DNA of 64,000 nucleotides from positions 15,128,001 through 15,192,000 of the forward strand of contig CM022665.1 in NCBI GenBank assembly GCA_012295275.1, written 5' to 3'. Of this stretch, positions 28,201-38,710 are shown one piece after another (the first letter of the stretch is position 1; every line of letters starts with the position of its first letter). The notes beneath the pieces were generated by a model, which was not told where the DNA came from, made no database searches, and worked only from the letters and a program-made list of their open reading frames with translations. Made by a program: the position numbers and the translations under genes. The stretch is from Chrysomallon squamiferum (taxonomy: Eukaryota > Animalia > Mollusca).

Positions 28201-31200
28201 ATTAAGCACTTGATACTTTTTTTTATAAAATACTGGGAATCTTAAATATTATACTTGTAAATCAGTTTGCTAATGTAAATAAATGATATTTTAAAAATTT
28301 AATAAACTTGGTTTTGATTTTATATTTACTGTAAAACTGAAACACTGTTTTGTCAAATAGAAATATAACATTATTAGGTAAATATGAAATATTTAGTTGT
28401 ATCTTCTTTTTTTTTTTACTTTTTGAATTTATAGAAATGATGAAAAGAAGACTCGATCATTTCAATTAGTTTCTGAAATCAGTGCAATAATGGATGAAAT
28501 TAAAGCTTGTATTCAGGAAATTAGTACACAACCAAATGCACAATGTGTTCTGCTGTTACGAAAGAAAGTCCTTATGGGACAGTGGATAATAAAGGTATTC
28601 CTCTTATTAGTAGTAATAGTAATAGTAGCAATAATAGTAGTAGTATTCAGTTGTTATTTTTTTATGGTAATAATCACTTTTTTCTTATCCTCCTTCATTG
28701 TCATCATCATCATTGTTTGTTTCTTTATATATATATGTTTTAGTTATTTATTTACTTACTTACTTATGTACTGATTTCTTTTTCTTTTTTTTTCCTTTTT
28801 TTTTTTAATGGTATCAACAATGAACATTCTTAAAATTTGGTCTTGAAAATGCACCAGTCACAAAAACAAGTTTTATTTCTAAAAAGGCTTTATATTAATA
28901 AACATTTTTTGTTCCCTTTTTTTTTTTTTTTTTTCCCCTTTTTTTATTTTTCTTTTTTTCCCCCAGTTAAGATCTGGTAGAGAATTTGTAAAAGAAGAAT
29001 GCAGGGATTTCATTGAAATACTTGATAAGTTTGAGTTGAAAGCTTCTGATTTGTTTTTCATCTGTGTTGACAGATCTACTGATGGACATGGTATTATTTT
29101 ACATGTATTTCTTCCATAAATTTTAGCACAATTATTTTTATTTATATAACAGAAATAATTTTTCAAGCACTAGTAATAAATGAATAAATATCTGTTTAAT
29201 TACACTTCAAGACTTTAAATTATTAAAGGTCATTTACCTGCCAAAGCTACAGTTTTTAATATAATACTGACACAAAAGAGTAAAACATCTACTACTTATC
29301 ATTTACTGTTAAGGGTTATTTTATATATATACTTCTTATATACATGAAAATTCATGTTATAGATCTGTCATGAAATCATGGTAAAGAAAATAGTCAAGTG
29401 ATTTTACTGAATAGGTTTTTACAATATTTTCCAGATTCTTCTTCTGAACAGGATTTGTCAGCACTCAGAGCAGATCTGAAAACCCTGAACAATAATGTGT
29501 TAATTGTAGAAAAAAAAGTACTAGTGGCAATTAAGCTTTCAACTAATCTTGTAAAAAGAGATTTGATTGGCCGATATGTCAAAGAACTGACCTCCATGAC
29601 CTCAGAACTTGTGTCAAGAATGGATTCATTGGCTACAGGTATTAATTTTGTATTTTTTTTTTATAAAGATAAAAAAATAATAATAATAAATAATCCACAT
29701 TTGTGACTAATAAAATTGTTTTAAATTAAACATTAAAAATATTTCTATGGTTCATGGGCAATGTTGGTGGGTTTATTATTATTAAATTAGCCTTGTACCT
29801 ATATCTAATATTTGTCAGTTATGCCAAAACTTTGGAACAGATGTCAGTAAAATAATAATTATCAACATGCTTGAAACTGAGCCAGTATAAATATGTAAGT
29901 AAATTAGATATGCCTTCTAGAAAATTTGACTTTTTTCAATAAATTTGTGATTAGTAATATTTAGTTATTGTCATGTTGCACCCTACCTTTTTTCACAGTA
30001 ATTTTATGCTTTGTTAAGAAAAATTTTAGTTACAAATAAACTGTTAGTAGTTGAGCTTCAATTACAATTCTTGTTATAGGTTTATTTATGATTGTGTGAC
30101 AATTATTACATTTTTGTTATTACAAAAATGATAGATCATTATAAAAAAAAAAATTAAAAAATTAAACATTATTCAACTATCTGGATTACTGGAAACTAAG
30201 AAAATAAATTAATTCAAAAATGAATTAAAAATATATGTCATAAATTTATTATTTCAGATTTTATCATGAGAAAAATATGTGACTATAAGAAATATTTCAG
30301 ACTAGTTAATCACTAAAATTATTATCTGTATTCTGTTAAGGTACTGATAATGAAGGCCAAAGTTCAGAATTGTATCAGCTTAAACTACAATGGGCTGCAA
30401 ACATTAAGAGATTGATTTTGACTTTGGAAAACATGACGGATGTGAGGAAAACTTTGGTTCCAGGTGACAATAAACAGCATTTTAAATGTTTACCAGCTTT
30501 TTTATTTTGTCATTAAATTTTTTTTTTAATTTTATTTAATTTTTTTTTTTTTTTTAAATCTTAATTTTCTTCACATTCTTATATTTAAATAATAAATATT
30601 ATTTTCCTCAAAAAAAAGATACAGAAACGATGTTTGTCATGTTGTTTTTTCGTAATTTAAAACATTTTTATAAAGTTATTAATTTAACAGTACATTACAT
30701 TTTGGGGATGTTTTTTTCTTTGTTGGGTTGTTTATTTTAAAATATTATTATTATTATTTTTAATAAAGAAATAAAGAAACTGATCGGCAGCTGTTTAATC
30801 AGACTGACAGAAAGGTCTGAGAAGGTAAAATCTGAAATAAAATCAACTTCAGTCAACAAGAAAGAAAACCGGTCCAGCCATCAAAGTAAGGGAGAGAACT
30901 CATCTGATAAAGACAATAACAAACAATGTGAGCAAAGACTCTCTGATGGAGAGAAAACAAAAATTCTTAAACTCAGTAAATCAGAAGAAACTGGAAGGAT
31001 TTTTAAAGATTCATTTGAGGAAAATGAAAATCTGTTGCTTGTCGTGAGTTTTTACTATATTATAAAAAATGTTATTTCATATATTAAAAACTATCTGTGG
31101 TTGTATGAAAAAAGATAATGCTTGAAATCAGTTTGCTAATGTAAATAAATGATATTTAAAAAATTTAATAAATTTGGTTTTGATTTTATATTTAATATAA

Positions 31201-34200
31201 AACTGAAACACTGTTTTGTCAAACAGAAATATAACATTTTCAGGTAAATATGAAATATTTAGTTGTATCTTCTTTTTTTAGGAAATGATATAACATGACT
31301 AGTACCTGTAACTGGGATTTGGCCTATTTGGATAGAAATTAAAAGAAAGAAAGAATATTAATAAAATAAAAAAAATTCTCATTCATTATTGAAAAGCATT
31401 TGGGTTTTTCATTCAGTCTACTAATGTCTCATTTTATAAAAAAAACACCAAAACCCAACAAACAACAGTAATAAAATATTAAATTTAAATGTACATTTTA
31501 TTTTTGTACAGAGAAGATTTGGACATCTGTATAGAGATCCAGACTATCAACCATGGGCTGATGACAATAATGATGTTGTTAAAACAGCAAAGAAGATTGC
31601 TGAGGATCTCTGTGATACTGAACTGTTTTGTAGATGTGGACAGTTTGATACTGATGTGAGTACAAGCACAAATGAAATGTATGATCTAAAATCTATAGAT
31701 CTACATAAACAAAACAGTTTAAGCATAAATTTATTATTGAAATTTGATTTAAAATCAACAGACGTATTGCAGATGTTCTGATTTAAGCTTCGATTTAAAA
31801 TCTTTACATTTATAGATGTTCCATTTTACACAAATTTATTATTATAAATGTTACAGTTTAAATGTAAAATTATTAATGGAGTATGATTTAAAATCTTTAG
31901 ACATCTACAGATGTTTTGTTTTAAACATAAATTAATTGTAGATGTTATAATTCAAATGAAAATTTATTATTGGAGATTGATCATAACTATATAAGGGGTG
32001 TGCACAAATTGTACGATTGATAACTCATTTACTTAAAATTTCCTTAATGATTAATCCTGGCAAACTACAAATATATTTTTATCACAATTCTTTTTCACAA
32101 TATGTAAATCTATATAAATATCTTGCAAAGTAGACGCATTTCCATTGGTAGTTATAGCCAAATTTAACCAATCAGAAATGGCGATATTGCAGTTAGCAAG
32201 TATCACTAATTCTGAAGAGATTTTATTGTTATGATTACACAATAGCTATCTCTAATATTTTGTCTGTACCATTACCACATTATTCATTAAAGTGTAACTT
32301 TAATGTTGTGTACAAATGAGGCACAACAAGTAACTATATGACTGAATTAGTGTGCACAAGGCATCAAGATGTCACATTATGTGCCATTATTATTAGTAAA
32401 GATTAGGATGAAATAAAAGTCATTTTAAATTTCATAAAATTACATTTTAATTTTTTATTTATTGATTTATTTTATTATTATTATTATTAATTATTATTAT
32501 TTTTTTTTTTTTTTGCAGGGTATTAATAGACTGTTTGAGAAAGTGGAATCTATTGCTGAAAATGGATTGAGGATGGAGCGTTATTTCAAGGTGCTAACTG
32601 ATTACTGTGAAAAAAGGTAGGGTGTTTTACTTTATTTGAATACAGGTGAGAGTGAATATATATGTCCATGTGAATGACTATGTGTGTTGTGTGTGTGTGT
32701 GTGTATGCACATGTGAAAGCATGAAATTACAGGCGTTGTTTGGGTGTGTGTGTGTTAGGGTTTTGTACGTGTATGTGTTTGCATGCCTGTGTGCTTGCTA
32801 AACAAAATTTCTTATTATCTCCAGTTTAAGAACAAAAGTCATCAGCTTTTTAATATTTTATAATTTTTTTTTTTATTTTTTTTTTTTTTTTTTTTTTTTT
32901 ATTAAATATATATATGAACTGTATCTTAAAGTCCAAATAATGTCATAAGAAATTACTTTTTCTAACTTTTTTTTGTTGAAATTATGTTTGTAATAGATAA
33001 AAATAAAAAAAAAAGATTAAAAAATAAGAAGTAAATAATAATAATAATAAAAAAGATAATGAAAAGAAAATTAATTATTAGTGAATTATAGTGAAAATAT
33101 TTATGTTCACACACACATACACAAAACTGATATAATGCCTGTTTAATTCAGTTTCTAACTACTTTATAGTCTGTCATGTGAACTGCTCAAGCGAACTGAA
33201 CTCATTGATACTTACGCTTCTCAACTTCAAGTCATTTTGAATGGACTGAAAAATTCTTCCAAAACTGCTCAGGTAAGTTAAAATGTATCGTTGGTGGTAC
33301 TTATTTTCTAATATATTTTGTTATACACAAATAATTGTTTTGCATAATAATAAAGTATGACAAAGGCACACATTTCTGTCAATACTTGAAGGCCCAAAAT
33401 TATTTTTTTTTTATAGTTTTGTCATTTCCATTCACATAAATACAAAGTAAATAATGCAACAAAAAACAAACTGAATAAAAAATTGCAGTTATCTAACCTT
33501 ATACATTCTTGCAAACTTGTTCTCGCAAAAAAATATATAAATAAAATGAAAACAAAATATATATATATAAATTGTTGTTTCAGTGTCTCCTATTGACATT
33601 TATTTATTTAATTTTTAAAATTAATTATTTATAATTTTAAATGTTTATTCTTCAAAAGGCATATAAATAAAGTTTCTACTGCTGGCCTTATATAATTAGA
33701 TATTTTAAAAGAAAACATTCAAATTAAACAAAATAAATGTATTATTATTTATTAACACCAAATTCATTTTTATTGTAATAATAAATTTAACAAAACAAAA
33801 CATTTTTATTTGATACTGTTTAACAAAAAAGAGCATTACTGTTTTATATTTTAATATAAGAAATTTAGTTATTTTTTCAATAAACAAAACCTATTGTTGT
33901 TGTTGTATCAACAATTGTGTTAAACTTATTACCATTCTGTTAGTATTCAGTTAACAAAAGTTTATTGTTATTGTTTATTAAGTTTAAATATGGCTATACA
34001 ATCTAGATTGTAACAGCCTGCCAAATTTGGGAACATTTGAGCAGAATAAGAAGAAATCAATACCTGTCTCTCTATGTGGATGAAGGTTCAGTCAAATCAA
34101 ACCATTTGCCCATGAATTTAACCAACCAAAGATTTAATTATAATACAAATGTTTATTTTAATCTCTTTAAATTCTACAGACTGTTCTCATGCTGCTTCAC

Positions 34201-35040
34201 AACAGCAACAATTTGGTTGAAGCTGTTCTGGATACATTTACCACTGCAGAAATGATCTGTGTAAAGGTAAATAAAAAAAATGAGATGATGTAGTTTCCAT
34301 TTTCTGAGTGTATTATTATTCATATATTGTTTTAATATTAGAAAAATGTTCACTCATTTAAATGCATACTACAGTTGTATTCTCTTTTAGTATAATATTT
34401 TAATTTTTTCTTCCCCCTTTTTTTTCCTTATTTCTTTCTTTCTTTCTTTTGTTCTTTTTTTTTTTTTGCAAGGGGATACAAATTACATTGAATACTGAAA
34501 CTGATTTTAAAAAGATTTGCCACTTAATGAAGTTTTAAAAATTTCTAGTGAATGAAATGAAGATAAAACCGCCTGAATTTCAAATTATTAATTTTCAGTT
34601 GTCAAGATCATCTAAGAATATGTATATGAAATAAGATTGGTTTTAATTTACAGAAGCAACGTATTTTTTGTAACACAGGAACCTGTCTATGATGACCACA
34701 TTAAAGGATTGTGCAAAAGTGATTGTTACAGACAGGTGGTTATCATACAGATGTGTGTATGTCTGTCAGTGTCTGTCTGTCTATCTGTCTGTCTCTCTTT
34801 CTCTGTGTAGGTAATAAAAAAAATATTCTTTTTTTTTTTTCCTTTAAGGGATTTCAGAAACCAATACCTGATGCATACTCAGAAGAAGATAGCATTATTG
34901 ATCTAATGAACCAATGGCAGGAGGTATTACAAAAATATCGAACCAATGAAAACCTTTGTGCTTCAACTGATGAACTGGGACTCAGAAGAGTTGATCATAA
35001 GCCTTGGCCATCTTTGACCGATATTTTTAAAAAAAATTAA
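9489..35040 (+). CDS. Divergent vinculin/alpha-catenin family protein, 31 exons, ~1540 aa
   Basis: Exons: 9489-9572, 10551-10718, 11742-11897, 12233-12355, 12829-13008, 16042-16101, 16699-16854, 17584-17657, 18079-18235, 19720-19828, 20140-20346, 21453-21650, 22011-22214, 22968-23039, 23422-23565, 23954-24118, 24912-25104, 25489-25621, 26246-26356, 26942-27122, 27732-27969 (donor uncertain), 28435-28594, 28967-29090, 29435-29638, 30341-30463, 30769-31043, 31512-31655, 32519-32616, 33170-33272, 34180-34266, 34849-35040. Sum 4623 nt, open frame, all GT-AG. Family motifs in order: HNISSERLLLPLLSE (N-terminal helix), VIVDVFTETTEPLENLMEA, FFHHSSQICEIAELVAACISDAE, WSLHLIHLLNILYDITEPQVFLEM (M2), and tail-domain WADDNNDVVKTAKKIA, IAENGLRMERYFKVLTDYC, MLLHNSNNLVEAVLDTFTTAE. 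Confidence 0.88.
12043..12082. repeat. (CT)n microsatellite
   Basis: Direct reading. Confidence 0.95.
13277..13318. repeat. (GT)n microsatellite
   Basis: Direct reading. Confidence 0.95.
14781..15600 (+). pseudogene. Decayed Tc1/mariner (Tc1-type) transposase in intron 5 of the vinculin-family gene
   Basis: MPRLSKNQIVHAIGMLQAGMAQNEV (HTH start) at 14781, LMVWGGIT at about 15265, and LPW/PPVSPDLSPIEHV at about 15455-15505. Many stops and frameshifts. TIRs not identified. Confidence 0.88.
16220..16425 (+). mobile_element. Degenerate SINE-like repeat (same family)
   Basis: tgtagctcactggttaatgcatt head, caactggtttatcaaaggccatg and gtaaaagtagccc segments similar to 637-800. Confidence 0.55.
17755..17890 (-). 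mobile_element. Degenerate SINE-like repeat (same family)
   Basis: tagcaacaaataatcctttataagtaccttcctacagacag is the reverse complement of the family body. Confidence 0.45.
18298..19103. mobile_element. Non-autonomous Tc1/mariner-superfamily (pogo/Tc2-like) element with TA TSD
   Basis: Termini TA-ACGTATATACTTGTGTATAAGTCGA ... TCGCCTTGTACACAAGTATATACGG-TA. Subterminal TC(G/A)ACTTATAC motifs at about 18360, 19005 and 19062. The interior is CpG-rich relative to the host intron. Confidence 0.85.
21310..21445. repeat. Compound (ATT)n/(ATC)n microsatellite
   Basis: Direct reading. It produces the spurious poly-Ile ORF. Confidence 0.9.
28075..28180 (-). mobile_element. Degenerate SINE-like repeat (same family)
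   Basis: tagcagcaagaaatgtattgcatgcacctttccttagacag...cacagcctt matches the family body in reverse. Confidence 0.45.
28260..28410 (+). repeat. ~150-bp intronic segment duplicated at 31126-31280
   Basis: aatcagtttgctaatgtaaataaatgatatt...gaaatatttagttgtatcttctttttt is present twice with few mismatches. Confidence 0.9.
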
Positions 35041-35573
35041 TTTTCAAATGTTTGTTGATGCAAGACTGTAATTCAGTGGCACAAATAACAAATTAAATAG
35101 TCTAAATATTCCAATAATTTCAGTAAATATAGCTTTAACTAATGATAGTTGATTTGTATCATTAATAATTATTTATTTATTCATTCTCTTCTGTGTATGT
35201 GCCTGTATATCTTTGTTATCAGGTCCCATATATATATATATATATATATATACTACTCATTCATCAAATTCTTTTTCTTTTTTTTTTTTTGTTAATGTGA
35301 TCTCATTTTTTAAATTATTGTCATTTAAATAACCTCTATTTCATGTTTTATGCACGTTTATTTTCTTTGTTGAAAATTAGTATAAAGTTGATTTTTTTGA
35401 TTTTTGTATTATTATTTTTTTTTTCTATTCATATGTGGGTGTGTATTGTTTAAAGTTATCAGCTTTTGATCTCAAAGTTTTTTTTTTTTTTTTTTTTATT
35501 TAAATAACCTTGGATGTTTTATTGTTAATGTTTTTCATGTTGATTTTCATATTACTGTATATCACACAAATGC

Positions 35574-35579
35574 AATAAA
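35574..35579 (+). promoter_or_regulatory. Candidate polyadenylation signal of the vinculin-family gene
   Basis: AATAAA about 530 nt after the stop codon, followed by a GT/T-rich tract near 35602-35620. Confidence 0.45.
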
Positions 35580-36494
35580 AGAGTCTGAAAACCACTAAAC
35601 ATTGTTTTTTTATTATTGCTTTTAATTATTTAATTTAATATTTATTATATTATTTGTTTATAATGTTGTGTTTGTCTATTAATAATAGTAGCAGGGCGAT
35701 GGTAATGTTAGCAGTAGTAGTAATAGTAGAGTAGCAGCAGTAATATATTTTGTACAAAAATTATTTAATGGCCAATTTTTCTTGTTTTCTAAATCATCTG
35801 TGGTGATGCCGAGATAAAATCTCAGAACATTTTATACACTATTGATTGTTTTATTAGTTTCTATACAATATACTCTGCTAAAATAATGAAGTAAACATGT
35901 CTAGAAGATATCAACCCTGCAATGATTTACAGAGGCTACTGTGCCTTCATTTCAAGACGGATTTAGTGAAAATAAGGATCTCTTCGATGTTAAATAAGAA
36001 ATAGTCTTCAAATACATTCAGTTTTCTTTATTATATATATTTTTTTATTTTCTCACAAATACATTTGAATTTTTAAAGTAATATTAAAATTTTAAATTCC
36101 ATATCAAAGTGTTGTTGCTTTACAAGTGAGTATTTCAACTTATTAAAGTTCTACATTTTGTGCAAACAAATTGTATAGATCTACAAGATAATACCTACAT
36201 TTTGAAAATTTAGAATATAGGAGCCAGACTATTTGTTTATCTGGCTTTCAGAAAAATGGAATTGCCATAAAACTGGCTTTGGAAGTGTATTAATTAGTAT
36301 CCATTACATACAATTTTATTCTTTAGATTTCACTATTTATTTTTATTTTAAATAGATAATAATCCTTGATTCAGAAAACCAGAAAATCCAGAAATCAGAT
36401 TAGCTCTGGTTCCAGGTTTGCCAGTAAATGGTCAGGTATCTGTACTTCAAATGAATTATTTTTAATCAAAAGACATTTAAATGTTTTTTAAATA

Positions 36495-38030
36495 TTAATC
36501 AGACTTCTTTTTAGTTACTTGTCGCTTTCGACAACAGATAAATCTAACAATATAAAACAAAATGTAGAGCACAGTGACTATTACACTGAATATGAAAAAC
36601 CAGATGTCTGCATACAAGTAAGACATCAGTGATAGATGACGCGATGAAGACTTCATGTGGTCTCCTCCATATTTGATCACATGTTCAATGGCAGATGCAG
36701 CTCGAGCTGGTGCTGTTCCTGGTCTGTCTCTTAGCAACAAAGATGTCCTTTTCATGTTTTCTTTATAACTGGAATGAGACAGAACTTTATCAACAGCCTT
36801 CACAATATCATTTGAAGAAACAGAATTAAGATCCAGTGATATTCCAATGTGTTTATTTTCAACTTTGCTTGCTGTTGAAAACCCATCGCCATTCAAAGGC
36901 GTGCAGATGACAGGCACACCATGATATACACTTTCAAAAAACCCATTTTTACCACAATGTGAGATGAATAGTTTGACTGCAGGATGACCAAGTACATCAT
37001 TCTGAGGAAACCATTTCACACCTTTGACATTACCTTTAACAAAATCACTGTCTGTTTTGAACAATACTTTCTGTTTTAGCTCAGAAAATGCACTCATCAG
37101 CTTCTTCATCATTACAGGCGGTGCTTCCTGCAGAATGCTTCCAAACGAAACTACCACAATGCCATCAGCTGCTCCAGACATGAACTTTTCCAGTTGGGGA
37201 GGAAGTTTTTTAGCAGGTGATGCTGTCAGACCACCTACTTGAACAAAATTTGGCATCAAAGCTTTAGGATAGTCAACAACATGATCTGAATTCTCCAAAT
37301 ACAAAACTGCATTTCTCATCAATTCTTCTGCGTCACTTCCAGCAAGAGATGGGTCATATTCTGCAGGATCTCGTGTAGGCAGCATGTAGGGTCTGAGCAG
37401 GAACTGAAGTATATTCATCATTACATTCTTAAAACGATCAATAAAAGTCATCTTATCAGAAAATGTACTCAAAATATAAGGATAAGTATTTCCTTGAAAT
37501 GGCAGGCCACCATCTCTTCCATCAATATTGGCAGCCAAACCAGCATAAGAGACATTTAAGTAGTGAGGTAAAAAGAATAAACACTTTGTGTAAGGCAAGG
37601 CTTCTACAACAACAAGGTCTAACTTAAGCTTCTTCAAAGTATTCAAGGCATCTTTGTCAGCAAAGACATTATCACATATAGTATTCATTACAGTTGTTCT
37701 CACTTGACTGCTAGAAATATTTGGGAAGCTCACGTCTTTTTTTCCAAACACTTTCTCAGTGAGACTTTTAAAGATACTGTCTAACAGTTTTTTGTCTTCA
37801 TCTTTGAACCTGTACTTCAAAATTTTTATTTTTGTTTTTGCTAAAAATTTGTAGTCATATTTGTCAGGTAAGTAAAACATGACTTTGTGACCTCTGGTTT
37901 CCAGCTCTTCACCGAATCCTAGCATTTCATTGCAGACACTTGCAGCCATCATGCCAGGAAAAAGAAGAATATTTGCAGCTTTTGCTCCACAGATAACAAA
38001 TGCAATGAAAAGGAATAGCTGAGACTTCAT
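36495..38030 (-). CDS. UDP-glycosyltransferase (GT1, UDP-glucuronosyltransferase-like) copy A, 511 aa, intronless CDS
   Basis: Signal peptide, ELETRGHKV motif, VVVSFGS, UGT signature WFPQNDVLGHPAVKLFISHCGKNGFFESVYHGVPVICTPLNGD, C-terminal TM helix and KKKSD ER-retrieval motif. Acceptor at 38045-38046 and candidate 5'UTR-exon donor AAG|gtaagc at 39160/39159. Confidence 0.96.
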   Translation of the reverse strand: MKSQLFLFIAFVICGAKAANILLFPGMMAASVCNEMLGFGEELETRGHKVMFYLPDKYDYKFLAKTKIKILKYRFKDEDKKLLDSIFKSLTEKVFGKKDVSFPNISSSQVRTTVMNTICDNVFADKDALNTLKKLKLDLVVVEALPYTKCLFFLPHYLNVSYAGLAANIDGRDGGLPFQGNTYPYILSTFSDKMTFIDRFKNVMMNILQFLLRPYMLPTRDPAEYDPSLAGSDAEELMRNAVLYLENSDHVVDYPKALMPNFVQVGGLTASPAKKLPPQLEKFMSGAADGIVVVSFGSILQEAPPVMMKKLMSAFSELKQKVLFKTDSDFVKGNVKGVKWFPQNDVLGHPAVKLFISHCGKNGFFESVYHGVPVICTPLNGDGFSTASKVENKHIGISLDLNSVSSNDIVKAVDKVLSHSSYKENMKRTSLLLRDRPGTAPARAASAIEHVIKYGGDHMKSSSRHLSLMSYLYADIWFFIFSVIVTVLYILFYIVRFICCRKRQVTKKKSD

Positions 38031-38128
38031 GGTTCATGTGTTCGCTAAAAAACTGTTAAGTGCAGCAGATTAAACAGAAAATAGAATACGCTTTGTTAGT
38101 TTAACAGTTTTTGAAATAGGAACACATT

Positions 38129-38132
<4 letters not shown>

Positions 38133-38192
<60 letters not shown>
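38133..38192. repeat. (AG)n microsatellite
   Basis: Direct reading. Confidence 0.95.
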
Positions 38193-38198
<6 letters not shown>

Positions 38199-38491
38199 CT
38201 TATAAACTGAAAATTGTTTGGGTTTTTGGGGGGGTATATTTCATTTTGCCATCTTACTTGATTATTTGTTATTTGTTTTTTAAATCATCATCTGTTTACT
38301 TTTAATTCTAATCAGTTATTTACCTTTTGTTTGAACATTTTATTTTTTATTATTACATTCCACAGTTTTTATCACAAGAAGTTAACAATAAATTTTATGT
38401 TTTAATTCCATTTATGTTTATTTGTGCTACTGCTAATAATTCAAAATATAAAAAAAGAAAATACATAGATTCTGCCACATTTCTTTAAAAT

Positions 38492-38628
38492 TAGTTTTAT
38501 ATTGGGCTGTAAAATTAGTTTTACCAATCACGAACTATTTCTTCACAGTTAATCTACGAAAATAGTAAAAAATGCGGCTTTTGTTAAGTATTTATAAAGA
38601 CCAGTGAACCGTACATACGTCGAAATTT
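38492..38628 (+). repeat. ~135-bp direct repeat with second copy at about 40563-40696
   Basis: gttttaccaatcacgaactatttcttcacagttaat...aaaatgcggcttttgttaagtattt..agaccagtgaaccgtac.tacgtcgaaattt is shared by both copies. Confidence 0.88.
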
Positions 38629-38635
38629 TCTTGTT

Positions 38636-38669
<34 letters not shown>

Positions 38670-38671
38670 GG

Positions 38672-38710
<39 letters not shown>

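Noticed and set aside
37024-37242. 72-aa plus-strand ORF also present at 41956-42174
   Set aside because: Antisense shadow of the UGT CDS, identical only because of the shared tract.
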